64,000 nucleotides of DNA from an uncultured Collinsella sp. (GTDB lineage Bacteria; Actinomycetota; Coriobacteriia; Coriobacteriales; Coriobacteriaceae). Location of the stretch: the NCBI GenBank assembly GCA_902464035.1, contig CABQHT010000003.1, positions 236-64,235 of the forward strand, in the 5' to 3' direction. The notes beneath the pieces were generated by a model. The model did not search any database, was not told the origin of the DNA, and was given only the letters and a program-made list of their open reading frames with translations. Shown here one piece after another: positions 18,969 through 29,401 of the stretch (the first letter of the stretch is position 1; every line of letters begins with the position of its first letter). The position numbers and the translations under genes are program-made.

Positions 18969-21142
18969 CCTCCGCTGACCTCCTTAAAGATGTGTCGATA
19001 CCGCATGGCGACCGCATCGCGCAAGGGGCGCGTCGCCACGGAGTCAAGGTTGCAAGCATACCGCAAGAGCTCGACCGCGTCCAAATGGGCCCACTCGATC
19101 AAGTCCTCGTCGGCGTCCAGGTCCACAAAGCGCAAGGTCACGCCGCCATGCTGGCGGTAGCCAAGAATCTCGCCCTCGTGGCGCAGACGCAGGTCCATCT
19201 GGGCGAGCGTAAAGCCGTCCGAGGTCTTCTCGAGCGACTGGAGGCGTTCCTGTGCCGCCGACGCGCCGCCGTTGCCCTTGGAGTGCGTCATGACCAGGCA
19301 CGTACCCGACACGCTGCCGCGGCCTACGCGCCCGCGCAGCTGATGCAAGGCCGCCAACCCAAAGCGCTCGCCATTCTCGATGACCATGACGGTGGCGTTG
19401 GGCACGTCGACGCCCACCTCGACCACCGTGGTCGAGACGAGAACATCGATCTCGCCACGCTTAAAGGCATCGATGACCCGATCCTTCTCCCCCGCAGGCA
19501 TGCGACCATGAAGACGCTCGATGGTAAGCCCCGGTAATGCCAGACGAAGGCGATCGAGCTCGGTCGCCGTGTCATGCAACGGCACAGGCACGGTCACGCG
19601 GCCTTCGTCGTCGCGAGCGATGCCGGGTACGTCTTCGAGCTCATCGGCCGAATCGCTCGGCTCCACGAGCGGACAGATCACGTAGACTTGTTGCCCCTTT
19701 TCGTGCGCCTCGCGAATGGCGCCATAGGCCAGGTCACGACTCGACTCGGTGAGGACGCGCGTCGTCACGCCGGCACCCGGAACGGGACGATGGCGGATGA
19801 TGCTCGTATCTAGGTCGCCGTACACCGAAAGCGCCAGCGTGCGCGGGATCGGCGTGGCAGTCATGACCAGCAAGTCGGCACCCGGGCCTTTTGCGCGCAG
19901 AGCGTTACGCTGGCCCACGCCAAAGCGGTGCTGCTCGTCGATCACCACAAGCGACAAATGCTTGAACGTGACGTTCTCCGAAAGCACCGCATGGGTACCA
20001 AAGAGCACATCGAGCTCGCCAGACTGGAGCCGGGCATGAATCTGTTCACGTTCGGCCGCCGACGTGGCGCCCGTCAGGAGCGCACAGGTCATGCCAGCCT
20101 GCGAGAGCAAGGGGCCGGTCTTATCGGCATATTGACGCGCCAACACGCCCGTGGGCGCCATGACGCAGGCCTGAGTGCCGCTATCGGCCGCAACCGCCAA
20201 CGCGCAGGCGGCAACGGCGGTCTTACCGGTACCGACGTCGCCCAGCAGCAGACGATTCATCACGCGACCGCCATCGCACATGTCATGCAGGATGTCTTGA
20301 AATGCCGCCTCCTGTTCATCGCTCAGCGAAAACGGCAGGGCCTCCTTGAGCGCAGCAAAATGCTCTCCCGCGGCATGCGCATAAGGCACTACGTCGACCA
20401 TACCGCCATCGTTGCGCAGACGCAGCGCGAGCTGCAAGCAGAGACACTCCTCGTAGGCAAGACGCCGGCGTGCGATGTCGCGCTCGGCCATGCTCGAGGG
20501 AAAGTGGATCGAGCGCAGCGCACGGGCATTGCTCATGAGCTTCCGCTTTGCGCGCAGCGGCGCGGGAATGGGATCGAACGGATTGGCAGCCACTTCGAGC
20601 GCACCGCTCACGATACGGCGCATCCATGCCTGACTTACGCCATCACTCACGTAGTGGACCGGCAAAATGGTACCCGCGGCACGCCCGTCCTCGAGCTTTT
20701 CAAAGTGGGGCGAGGCCATCTGCTTAAAACCGTAGGCAAACTCGACCTTGCCCATCACGGCCAGGCGGTCGCCCTGCTTAAGCTGTTGGGCAATCCAAGG
20801 CTGACGGAAAAAGGCAACCTGCAGCACGCCTGTCTCGTCCACGAGCGAGACCTCAGTCACCTGCATACGCGGACGGGGCTGCTTTTGGACAATGCGATCG
20901 ACCGTGGCGATGATGGTGCACACGGTACCGATGGGCGCCATCTCGATGGACCACGAGCGAGTGAAGTCCAGGTAGCGATGAGGAATATGGAGAAGGAGGT
21001 CCCCCACCGTCCGAATTCCCAGACGGCGAAGGGCCTCCTCACGTTTACCCGAAACATATTTGAGTCGCGCGATATCCTCGTCGAGCGCATTGCTCTGGGC
21101 AAAACGCTCCGAGACGCGCGGCACGGAGCACAGCTCGGACAT
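18965..21142 (-). CDS. recG: ATP-dependent DNA helicase RecG
   Basis: GDVGTGKT, DEQHRFGV, MTATPIPRTL, LHQLRGRVGR. Confidence 0.97.
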   Translation of the reverse strand: MSELCSVPRVSERFAQSNALDEDIARLKYVSGKREEALRRLGIRTVGDLLLHIPHRYLDFTRSWSIEMAPIGTVCTIIATVDRIVQKQPRPRMQVTEVSLVDETGVLQVAFFRQPWIAQQLKQGDRLAVMGKVEFAYGFKQMASPHFEKLEDGRAAGTILPVHYVSDGVSQAWMRRIVSGALEVAANPFDPIPAPLRAKRKLMSNARALRSIHFPSSMAERDIARRRLAYEECLCLQLALRLRNDGGMVDVVPYAHAAGEHFAALKEALPFSLSDEQEAAFQDILHDMCDGGRVMNRLLLGDVGTGKTAVAACALAVAADSGTQACVMAPTGVLARQYADKTGPLLSQAGMTCALLTGATSAAEREQIHARLQSGELDVLFGTHAVLSENVTFKHLSLVVIDEQHRFGVGQRNALRAKGPGADLLVMTATPIPRTLALSVYGDLDTSIIRHRPVPGAGVTTRVLTESSRDLAYGAIREAHEKGQQVYVICPLVEPSDSADELEDVPGIARDDEGRVTVPVPLHDTATELDRLRLALPGLTIERLHGRMPAGEKDRVIDAFKRGEIDVLVSTTVVEVGVDVPNATVMVIENGERFGLAALHQLRGRVGRGSVSGTCLVMTHSKGNGGASAAQERLQSLEKTSDGFTLAQMDLRLRHEGEILGYRQHGGVTLRFVDLDADEDLIEWAHLDAVELLRYACNLDSVATRPLRDAVAMRYRHIFKEVSGG

Positions 21143-21151
21143 AGGCAGAGC

Positions 21152-22813
21152 CTACTCGATCGAGAAGATCACGGGATAGAGCGGCTGCTCACCACGATGG
21201 GCGTCGACCTCCAAATCGGGCTGAGCCTCCTCGATAGCGTCGACGATCTCCTGGAAGGCCTCGTCGGACAGCTCCTCGCCGGCCAGAATCGTCAGCGCGT
21301 CGCCCTCCTCTTCCTCCTGCATGCGGTTGATGCAGTCGAGCGTGACCTGTTTCACGTCGGAGCCGACCACGTCGATGGAGCCGGCAATGATACCCATGAC
21401 GTCACCGGAGTGAATCGGAGAGCCGTCGGAGGCGCTGGAATCGCGCACGGCACGGGTGACCTCGCCATCGCGAACCTCGCTGATGGCGTCGACCATGGCG
21501 GCAACGGCGTCCTCGAGCTCGGAATCGGGCAGGACCGCGAACAGCGCGGAGAAGGCCTGCGGGACGGTCTTGGTAGGAACGACGGCGACCTTCTTGTCGG
21601 TGCAGGCGGAGGCAGCGGCCTCGGCAGCCATGCGGATGTTGCCGTTGTTGGGCAGGATGATGACCGAGGTCGCGTTGACCTGGTCGACGGCGCCCAGCAG
21701 GTCGGCGGTCGAGGGGTTCATGGTTTGACCGCCCGACACGATCACATCGACGCCGAGGGACTTGAGGATGTCCGCCTCGCCGGAACCGGCGGCAACGGCG
21801 ACAAAGCCCAAGGCCTTCGCGGGCTCGGCGGCCTTCTCCTGGTCCTCGTGGATCTTAGCGGTACGGTCGTGGGCCTCCATCTCCATGTTGTGGATAAAGA
21901 CCTCGTAGATCTGACCAAGCTGCAGCATGTGCTCGAGCACCAGGTTGGGGGTGTTGGAGTGCACGTGGATCTTGTAGTCGGGATAGGCGCCCACGAGCAG
22001 CTCGCAGTCGCCCATGGAGCCCAGGAACTTCAGGCACTCGTCCTCGTCAAAGGGAGCGTCGGCCTTAAAGAGGAACTCGTTGCAGTAGCGAAACTCCGAG
22101 CCCTCCCAGTCGTCGTTGGCCTCAATTTCGACGCGATCGAGGGCCGCGTCGCGTGCAGAGCCAGCGGAATCAAACGTGGCGGAGAAATCCTCGACAACGG
22201 TGCCGCGGCCAAGAGCGGCAGCAACAAAGTTCTCCAGAAAGATGGCAAAGCCAAAGGCTCCAGAGTCGACTACGCCGTTCTCCTTGAGGACAGGCAGCAG
22301 GTCGGGCGTACGGGCGACGGACTGATAGGCCTCGACGACGATGGCGTCGAGCGCGTCCTCGGCCGAGAACTTCTTCTTCTCGCACTCGTCGGCCTTGCTC
22401 GAGACATCACGCAGGACCGTGAGGATCGTGCCCTCGATAGGCTTACGAACGGCCTGGAAGGCGACCTTGACGGCACGACGGAAGGCGAAGGCGATGTTGG
22501 CGGACGTAACGGGTTCGTCGGCAGAGACGAGGCCCTCGGCCACGCCGCGCAGGATCTGCGAGGTGATAACGCCCGAGTTACCGCGAGCGCCCATGAGGGA
22601 GCCATGGGTGATGGCGCCGGCGATGGCCTCCATGTCGGCGTCGGCGGGAAGCGCAGAGAGCTCCTTGGTCACCGAGGCGAGCGTGAGCGACATGTTAGTG
22701 CCGGTGTCGCCGTCGGGTACGGGGAAGACGTTAAGCTTGTTGATCTCCTCGGCCTTGTCGGAAACGGCAGCCGCAGCGATCGGAAAGCAGGTGCGAATGG
22801 TCTTTGCAATCAT
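21152..22813 (-). CDS. DAK2 domain fusion protein (fatty acid kinase FakA/YloV-like)
   Basis: NVFPVPDGDTGTNM, GARGNSG, GGQTMNPS. Confidence 0.93.
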   Translation of the reverse strand: MIAKTIRTCFPIAAAAVSDKAEEINKLNVFPVPDGDTGTNMSLTLASVTKELSALPADADMEAIAGAITHGSLMGARGNSGVITSQILRGVAEGLVSADEPVTSANIAFAFRRAVKVAFQAVRKPIEGTILTVLRDVSSKADECEKKKFSAEDALDAIVVEAYQSVARTPDLLPVLKENGVVDSGAFGFAIFLENFVAAALGRGTVVEDFSATFDSAGSARDAALDRVEIEANDDWEGSEFRYCNEFLFKADAPFDEDECLKFLGSMGDCELLVGAYPDYKIHVHSNTPNLVLEHMLQLGQIYEVFIHNMEMEAHDRTAKIHEDQEKAAEPAKALGFVAVAAGSGEADILKSLGVDVIVSGGQTMNPSTADLLGAVDQVNATSVIILPNNGNIRMAAEAAASACTDKKVAVVPTKTVPQAFSALFAVLPDSELEDAVAAMVDAISEVRDGEVTRAVRDSSASDGSPIHSGDVMGIIAGSIDVVGSDVKQVTLDCINRMQEEEEGDALTILAGEELSDEAFQEIVDAIEEAQPDLEVDAHRGEQPLYPVIFSIE

Positions 22814-22840
22814 GAGTATTTGAATCTCCGTTTTCGGATG

Positions 22841-23197
22841 CTAGTTCAGACGGCTCTTGAGCGCGTCGATGTGGATGCCGATCTTAAGGCTGGCAGGATC
22901 GATCTGGGCGATCTCCTGCAGGGTGAAGGCAACGGAGCTCGAAAGATTGTGGCAGACGGACTTCATGTTGACGCCGTTCTCGAGCACGACGTGCAGATCG
23001 ACCGTGAGGCCGTTCTCGTCGGCGGAGACAAGTACGCCCTTGCGGAGGCGCTGGCCGGCAAGCAGGCGCACGCTCTCGGCGCCCTGGAGCTGCTCGGCCA
23101 TACCGACGACGCCGTAGCACGTCATCGCGGCATAACCGGCAATATCGGCAATTACGTCGTTCGAGACGCTCAGGCTGCCGTTGATGGTCTCAGACAC
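22841..23197 (-). CDS. Asp23/Gls24 family protein (YloU-like)
   Basis: VIADIAGYAAMTCYGVVGM; upstream of the DAK2 gene. Confidence 0.9.
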   Translation of the reverse strand: MSETINGSLSVSNDVIADIAGYAAMTCYGVVGMAEQLQGAESVRLLAGQRLRKGVLVSADENGLTVDLHVVLENGVNMKSVCHNLSSSVAFTLQEIAQIDPASLKIGIHIDALKSRLN

Positions 23198-23355
23198 AAG
23201 AATCTCCTTTTCTGGTGCTCGCAGCACCATGTCGTGGGAGCAATCATTCCAATATTTTACAACGACCGCGCCATGTTGAGGTGGTGGGTCGCGGGATTAC
23301 ATCCTCGACACGAAATGTTGATACGGTAACGTTCGCCACAGGCGATCGCGGCATG

Positions 23356-23385
23356 AAAAAACCCGCCGCATATGCGGCGGGTTTT
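23356..23385 (-). terminator. Terminator after the tRNA-Asn pair
   Basis: AAAACCCGCCGCATATGCGGCGGGTTTT palindrome with T run. Confidence 0.85.
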
Positions 23386-23391
23386 ACAACC

Positions 23392-23466
23392 TGGCTCCCC
23401 GGGTAGGACTCGAACCTACAACAGCGCGGTTAACAGCCGCGTGCTCTACCATTGAGCTACCGAGGA
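23392..23466 (-). tRNA. tRNA-Asn (GTT), copy 2 in transcription order
   Basis: TCCTCGG TA GCTCAATGGTAGAGC A CGCGGCTGTTAACCGCG CTGTT GTAGGTTCGAGTCCTAC CCGGGGAG CCA cloverleaf. Confidence 0.97.
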
Positions 23467-23500
23467 ATTTAAAAGCCCAACGAGAAGGGCTGGAAAATTC

Positions 23501-23575
23501 TGGCTCCCCGGGTAGGACTCGAACCTACAACAACGCGGTTAACAGCCGCGCGCTCTACCATTGAGCTACCGAGGA
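23501..23575 (-). tRNA. tRNA-Asn (GTT), copy 1 in transcription order
   Basis: Same cloverleaf with encoded CCA; two differences from the other copy. Confidence 0.97.
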
Positions 23576-23761
23576 ATAGGTGCGTGCTCTCAAGCAACGA
23601 AGTTTATTATACGGACGATTGGGCGAAGGGCAAGAACTTTTTTAAGAAATTTTCTCGCCTTGATCCCTTGGGGACGGCCTAACTGCCGGCACCGGCAACG
23701 GAAACGCCGATGTTTTGACAATGCCAGCGAGCGGGCACCAGAGCGAACAAATTGGCATGAA

Positions 23762-23872
23762 AAGAGGACGGCATAGACCTTCTGGTCATGCCGTCCTCTT
23801 TGAATGACAAGTTGTCGCTCTGGTGTCCGCGCAGCGTCGGCCAGTTACGGCGTTTGGTAAAACGCCGTAACT
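23762..23872 (-). terminator. Two tandem hairpins downstream of rpoD
   Basis: AAGAGGACGGCAT/ATGCCGTCCTCTT (23762-23800) and AGTTACGGCGTTT/AAACGCCGTAACT (23843-23872). Confidence 0.7.
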
Positions 23873-23873
23873 A

Positions 23874-25217
23874 CTAAGACTCGATATAGTCTTTCAGCTT
23901 GCTGCTGCGGCTCGGGTGGCGGAGCTTGGCCAGGGTCTTGGACTCGATCTGGCGGATACGCTCGCGTGTGACGCCAAACTCGCGACCGACTTCCTCGAGC
24001 GTGCGGGGATGTCCGTCGACGAGACCAAAGCGCAACTCGATAACCTTGCGCTCACGATCGGCAAGCGAATCGAGCACCTGGGTGAGCTGCTCCTGCAGCA
24101 TGGAGAAGCTGGCGGCATCGGGCGGGACGATAGCCTGGGAGTCCTCGATGAAGTCGCCCAGCTGGGAATCCTCTTCCTCGCCGATCGGGGTCTCGAGCGA
24201 CACGGGCTCCTGCGAGATCTTCTGGATCTCGCGGACGCGATCGGCGCTCATGTCCATCTCGGCACCGATCTCCTCGGGGGTCGGGTCGCGACCCAGGTCC
24301 TGAAGGAGCTGGCGCTGCACGCGGACGAGCTTGTTGATGGTCTCGACCATGTGCACGGGGATACGGATGGTACGGGCCTGGTCGGCAATAGCGCGCGTAA
24401 TGGCCTGACGGATCCACCACGTGGCGTACGTGGAGAACTTGAAGCCCTTCTGGTAGTCGAACTTCTCGACGGCGCGAATCAGACCGAGGTTACCCTCCTG
24501 GATCAGATCCAGGAACAGCATGCCACGGCCGACATAGCGCTTGGCGATGGAGACGACCAGACGCAGGTTTGCGCTGATGAGCGCCTGCTTGGCCTCAAGA
24601 CCAACGTTCTCAATACGCGTAAGACGACGCATCTCGGCGCGGGTGAGCTCGATCTCGCCTGCCTCGGCAGCCTCAAGCTTCTCGGTAGCCTCGAGACCGG
24701 CCTCGATCTTCATGGCCAGATCGACCTCTTCAGATGCGGTCAGCAGGTCGACCTTACCGATCTCCTTGAGGTACATACGAACCGGGTCGCCGGTCAGCAT
24801 CACCGTGGAGGCATCGATGCCGCGCACGCGCGAACGCGAACGAGACGTGCGCACGGTGCGCTTCTTCTTGCTCTTGGAAGAGCCCATCTCGGCATCGGCC
24901 TGGCGGGCCATCTTAAGCTCGTGATCGTCAAGCGAGCCGGAATCGTGCTCTTCGTCGTCATCAAAATCGTCGGTATCGTTATCGTCATCGTCGACGTCCA
25001 TCGGGGCGTCGTCGTTTCCGCTCGCGGAGATAATCTGGATGCCGCTGTTGCGCAGCGCGGAATACACCGCGTTGAGCTGCTCATCAGAGACATCGATATC
25101 CTTCAGGGCGACCTGAATCTCGTCCTCGGTTACCGAAGTCCTGTTTGAGCCGTTGCCCATGAGCTTTGCAACGTAGGATTCCAGCCCAGTACCCGTGCTC
25201 TCAGTCTTTTTTGGCAC
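23874..25217 (-). CDS. rpoD: Primary RNA polymerase sigma factor SigA/RpoD
   Basis: [44 protein letters not shown]. Confidence 0.98.
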   Translation of the reverse strand: MPKKTESTGTGLESYVAKLMGNGSNRTSVTEDEIQVALKDIDVSDEQLNAVYSALRNSGIQIISASGNDDAPMDVDDDDNDTDDFDDDEEHDSGSLDDHELKMARQADAEMGSSKSKKKRTVRTSRSRSRVRGIDASTVMLTGDPVRMYLKEIGKVDLLTASEEVDLAMKIEAGLEATEKLEAAEAGEIELTRAEMRRLTRIENVGLEAKQALISANLRLVVSIAKRYVGRGMLFLDLIQEGNLGLIRAVEKFDYQKGFKFSTYATWWIRQAITRAIADQARTIRIPVHMVETINKLVRVQRQLLQDLGRDPTPEEIGAEMDMSADRVREIQKISQEPVSLETPIGEEEDSQLGDFIEDSQAIVPPDAASFSMLQEQLTQVLDSLADRERKVIELRFGLVDGHPRTLEEVGREFGVTRERIRQIESKTLAKLRHPSRSSKLKDYIES

Positions 25218-25327
25218 AGATTCTCCCTTCGTAGTCCACAGGACTCAATACTTTAGCACACACATTGACGTCTATACCCAAAATAAAGACAGGATATAGG
25301 CGAGAATACGCTGGTTGACCACAACAT

Positions 25328-27457
25328 CTAGGCCTGATCGGCACCTGCGCTCTCCAAACCGATCAAACGGAACGGGTCGGCCACGCCGCCGATCGACTTT
25401 TGGAGCTCGCGCTGGCGCTGTGAATCTTGCACTGCCTGCATCGTCAGCACGCGACGGGCCTCATCGTCGAGTGAACGGTCCTGACGCAACTTGGCCTGCG
25501 CGGCTCGCATGCGACGTTTGATGGTGTAGAGCTCGAGCGTATCGAGCATAAAGACGATGTTCGTCTCGGTCGGGTGCTTGCTCGTTGCCGAGATGCGCCC
25601 GGCGCTGACAAGCGACGCCGCCTCGGGACACACCGCGCGTGCCGCATCCATGCAGGCCGCAGGATCGGTGCCCGGGGGCGTCGCAAGTACGGCCCACGCA
25701 ATGGACTCGTGACGCGGGTCGACCCACTCGATAGAACAAATACGATCGGCATACGTGCGGAACAGATCGGGGTAGCTCGTGAGCATCGTCAGCAGCTCAC
25801 GCTCCCCCGCCAGGGATTTCCGCTCCAGATCGGTCAAAACAATCGGCATCGACGGAGCTGCCGCCGCGCTTGAACTATCGGCAACGGTCGCAACGCTTTC
25901 CATCCCCGCTGGCACATCAATTGGCGGCAGGTCCTCGTCGACCTCCACCGGCGCGACCCCATAGGCATCAAGCGGAACGTAGTCGTACGGGTCCTCCTCG
26001 ACCGGTGCGGACACCGGCGGCGTCGCACCCGCGGCCCAGGCACCGCGACCGGCACTGCGCGCACCAGCCGCACCGCCGCCCGAGCTTCGTCCCTGCGAAC
26101 CGCCCGCGCGCTCAGCTTGCGCGCGCTGACGCTCGTAGCTCTGCTCACGCCGGCGCTCGGCATCCTCGCGCTTGGCGACATCGCGAAACACACGGCCCGA
26201 ACTCGCGCGCACGGTCTCCAGGTCCAAACCCAACAGATCGGCAATCTGGATAAAGTACGTGTCGATCATATAGCTGTCGCGCAGCGGATAGATGAGCGTC
26301 AGCGCGTCCTCGAGCGCCTTGGCGCGACCGCCCGGTGTGGTAATGTCGCTCGAGTCCTGCAGCGAGCGATAGACAAAGTCCATGAGGGGCTCGGCGGCAT
26401 CAATGCGCGCCTGAAGCTCCTGGCCGCCATGCGCCGTGATGAACTCCATGGGGTCGTTGCCGTCGGGAAGCACCACGCAGCGCAGGTCCATCGAATCCTG
26501 CTCGATAAACTGAATCGCGCGGCGCGCGGCCTTTTGACCGGCGGCGTCGCCATCGAACATATATACAATGCGCTTGGCAAAACGGGTGAGTGTCTTAACG
26601 TGATGTTCCGTCAGCGCCGTGCCCAGCGTGGCGACGACGTTTTTGATCCCTGCCTCCCAGCAGGCGATGCAGTCGGTATAGCCCTCCACCACGATGGCGG
26701 TATCCTGCGCAACGATAAACTCCTTGGCCCAGTTAAAGCCATAGAGATTTCGCTTTTTATGAAACACGCTCGTCTCGGCGGTGTTGAGGTACTTGGGCTG
26801 GCCATCGCCCATGATGCGCCCGCCAAAGGCGATATTGTGGCCCTGCTCATCAAAGATGGGAAACATCACGCGGTCGTAAAAGCGGTCCGCGAGCTGTCCG
26901 CGCCCACGGCTCACGGCCACGTTGGCGTCAATCATCTCCTGCGGGGTAAAGCCCGCCTGAGACAGGTGCGAAACCAGCGCGTTGCGACCCGGCGCAAAGC
27001 CCAGGCAGTAGCGTCGACAGACATCTCCGCCCATGCCGCGGCTGGCAAAGTACTCGCGCGGACGGCTGTCCTTACCGCGCATAAGCATGGTGTGGTAGAA
27101 CTGAGCCGTCTCGGAGCACAGGTCATAGATGCGGGCACGCTTGGTGCCACGATCGCGCTGCGCACCGGTATCGTGCAGTTCAATGCCCGCACGATCAGCC
27201 AAATAGCGGATCGACTCGGGAAAACTCAGGTTCTCGCGCTTCATGATATAGGTGAAGACGTCGCCGCCCTCGCCGCAGCCAAAGCAGTGCCACACCTGCG
27301 TGGCAGGGATAATGTGAAACGATGGGGTCTTTTCGCCATGAAACGGGCAGCAGCCCCAAAACTCATGGCCGCGGGGCTTGAGCTCAACCGTTTCCTGCAC
27401 GATGGCAACCAGGTCCGACGCAGCGCGTACCTGATCTTTTTCCTCATCGCTAATCAC
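25328..27457 (-). CDS. dnaG: DNA primase
   Basis: CPFH...CFGC zinc finger, KYLNT, VEGYTD, FDGDAAG Toprim motifs. Confidence 0.97.
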   Translation of the reverse strand: MISDEEKDQVRAASDLVAIVQETVELKPRGHEFWGCCPFHGEKTPSFHIIPATQVWHCFGCGEGGDVFTYIMKRENLSFPESIRYLADRAGIELHDTGAQRDRGTKRARIYDLCSETAQFYHTMLMRGKDSRPREYFASRGMGGDVCRRYCLGFAPGRNALVSHLSQAGFTPQEMIDANVAVSRGRGQLADRFYDRVMFPIFDEQGHNIAFGGRIMGDGQPKYLNTAETSVFHKKRNLYGFNWAKEFIVAQDTAIVVEGYTDCIACWEAGIKNVVATLGTALTEHHVKTLTRFAKRIVYMFDGDAAGQKAARRAIQFIEQDSMDLRCVVLPDGNDPMEFITAHGGQELQARIDAAEPLMDFVYRSLQDSSDITTPGGRAKALEDALTLIYPLRDSYMIDTYFIQIADLLGLDLETVRASSGRVFRDVAKREDAERRREQSYERQRAQAERAGGSQGRSSGGGAAGARSAGRGAWAAGATPPVSAPVEEDPYDYVPLDAYGVAPVEVDEDLPPIDVPAGMESVATVADSSSAAAAPSMPIVLTDLERKSLAGERELLTMLTSYPDLFRTYADRICSIEWVDPRHESIAWAVLATPPGTDPAACMDAARAVCPEAASLVSAGRISATSKHPTETNIVFMLDTLELYTIKRRMRAAQAKLRQDRSLDDEARRVLTMQAVQDSQRQRELQKSIGGVADPFRLIGLESAGADQA

Positions 27458-28457
27458 GGATGCTCACCCCCTGCTCACCCAAGTTATGACGGATATCGTC
27501 GATATTACCCTCGACGGTCGCGATCAGGTCGTCCAGGGAATCGAACACGCGAGACGGACGCAGCCAGCGCGTAAACGCCAGCGACACGGAAGCGCCATAC
27601 AGGTCGCCCGCATAGCCGATCAAGTTGGCCTCGAGATGCGCCGAGGCGGCATCATCAGCATAGGTCGGCGGCAGGCCGACGTTAACGGCAGCAGGCCATA
27701 CGGTATCGTCCACCAGCACCAGACCCTCATAGACGCCATCCGCAGGCACTTGGATGCCGTCGGGTACCTGGATGTTTGCCGTGGGAAAGCCCATGTCGGA
27801 GCCCTCGTGACGGCCAGCCGCCACAACGCCGCGCAGCATATAGGGACGGCCGAGAAGCTCGGCAGCCAGCTCCACATGACCCTGAGCCAGCTCATGGCGG
27901 ATGCGCGTGGCACAGATGGTCTGCCCGTTAACGCAGAGCAGGTCGTGACCGTAAACGTCAACCCCATGCTCAGCGCCCCAGGCGCGCATCTCGGCAACGC
28001 CCGAAGCGCCGCCACGGCCGAGCCTAAAGTCGCTGCCTACACGAATGGAGCGAATGTCGACAACGCGCGACAACAGCGCCAGAAACCCGACATGGTCGAG
28101 TGCCGCCACGGCGGGTGTAAAGGGAACGGCCACCACCGCATCGACCCCGGTTTGAGCCAGGGCATGCAGGCGGTCGGCCGTCGTCATCAATTTTTGAGCA
28201 GGCGAAGGGCTCACCACGACGTCCGGATCAGGATCGAAGGTGACCACGACCGCTTTGCTGCCGTGATCATGCGCATCGCGAATAACCGCGTCGATCAACT
28301 CTTGGTGCCCACGATGCACGCCATCAAACACGCCAATGGCGATCGACGCGGCACCCAAGAACTCGCACCCATCAAATGCATCGGCAGAAACGATACGGGC
28401 CTCATCCAACTCGCCCGCGAAAAAGATACGCGCGAGCTCGTGGGGCGCCAGCATCAT
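27450..28457 (-). CDS. ribF: Bifunctional riboflavin kinase/FAD synthetase
   Basis: GVFDGVHRGH, GFPTAN, NVGLPPT. Confidence 0.95.
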   Translation of the reverse strand: MMLAPHELARIFFAGELDEARIVSADAFDGCEFLGAASIAIGVFDGVHRGHQELIDAVIRDAHDHGSKAVVVTFDPDPDVVVSPSPAQKLMTTADRLHALAQTGVDAVVAVPFTPAVAALDHVGFLALLSRVVDIRSIRVGSDFRLGRGGASGVAEMRAWGAEHGVDVYGHDLLCVNGQTICATRIRHELAQGHVELAAELLGRPYMLRGVVAAGRHEGSDMGFPTANIQVPDGIQVPADGVYEGLVLVDDTVWPAAVNVGLPPTYADDAASAHLEANLIGYAGDLYGASVSLAFTRWLRPSRVFDSLDDLIATVEGNIDDIRHNLGEQGVSIRD

Positions 28458-29386
28458 CGAACACCGCCAATCGCCTGCGGAAAGACGTGATCCATCACAA
28501 AGCGGCCGCCCTCGATACGAGCAAGCGCCTTGAGCCCCCCATCGAGCACGAGCGCGAACGGTGCCTTCGCCGTATCGAAGTCCGAAAGCGCGCGTTCAAC
28601 GGGAATGCGGCGACCACAAAGCAGATCGTCTGCAAGATTACCCGGCAAATCGACACGCGTGGCGCCAAGGGCGGCGATGGGATCCAGAGCAAAGCCGGCC
28701 GCGGACTCGGGAGAAAGCTCCTCGACCGCATGACAGGCGCCAATGGAAACAACACCGGAGGCCGTGCGGCGCAGCGCGGAAATATGCGCAGCACTATCGC
28801 AAGCGCGGCCCAGGTCGCGAGCGAGCGCGCGAATGTAGGTGCCCTTGCTTACCGAAAACGCCACGGTCCAGACGCACGTATCACCTTCGCCGCCCACGGC
28901 GATCAGGTCGGCGGCATAGACCTCGACAGGGCGCGGAGGTAGGTCCACCGCATTGCCCTCGCGAGCAGACTTGTAGGCGCGGACGCCATTGACCGAGATG
29001 GCCGAAAACGCTGGCGGCACCTGCATCTGCGGGCCAAGCATAGCGGCCAGCTGCTCACGGGCGTAAGCGAGATCGCGCAGCTCGGGGGCAACGGGCACCG
29101 TACGGACGGCCTCGCCCTCGGCGTCATCGGTATTGGTCTCGACGCCAAACGAAATGTCGGCGACATAACTTTTGGTATCGAGGGTTAGCATACCCAGCAG
29201 ACGGGTCGCCTGGCCCACGCCCACCACCATGACACCCGAGGCCATAGGGTCGAGCGTACCGGCATGGCCGACGCGTCGCTCATGGAGGGCGCGTCGGCAC
29301 TGCGAAACCACGTCGTGGGACGTACAGCCCACCGGTTTATCGACGGCGAGCAGCATATTCAATTGAGAAGGCGTACGACGAGCCAT
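28454..29386 (-). CDS. truB: tRNA pseudouridine(55) synthase
   Basis: VGHAGTLDPMASG, SKGTYIRALARD. Confidence 0.97.
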   Translation of the reverse strand: MARRTPSQLNMLLAVDKPVGCTSHDVVSQCRRALHERRVGHAGTLDPMASGVMVVGVGQATRLLGMLTLDTKSYVADISFGVETNTDDAEGEAVRTVPVAPELRDLAYAREQLAAMLGPQMQVPPAFSAISVNGVRAYKSAREGNAVDLPPRPVEVYAADLIAVGGEGDTCVWTVAFSVSKGTYIRALARDLGRACDSAAHISALRRTASGVVSIGACHAVEELSPESAAGFALDPIAALGATRVDLPGNLADDLLCGRRIPVERALSDFDTAKAPFALVLDGGLKALARIEGGRFVMDHVFPQAIGGVR

Positions 29387-29401
29387 GTACCATCCAAAAT
29401 G

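Noticed and set aside
19928..23329. 1133-aa plus-strand ORF (and similar long ORFs at 1026-2504, 30989-33613, 35925-38264)
   Set aside because: Antisense shadows of recG/DAK2, ftsH, infB and leuS caused by high-GC codon bias; no recognisable motifs
23392..23575. Integration site or prophage at the tRNA-Asn pair
   Set aside because: Both tRNAs are complete, flanked by core genes, with no integrase or partial duplication
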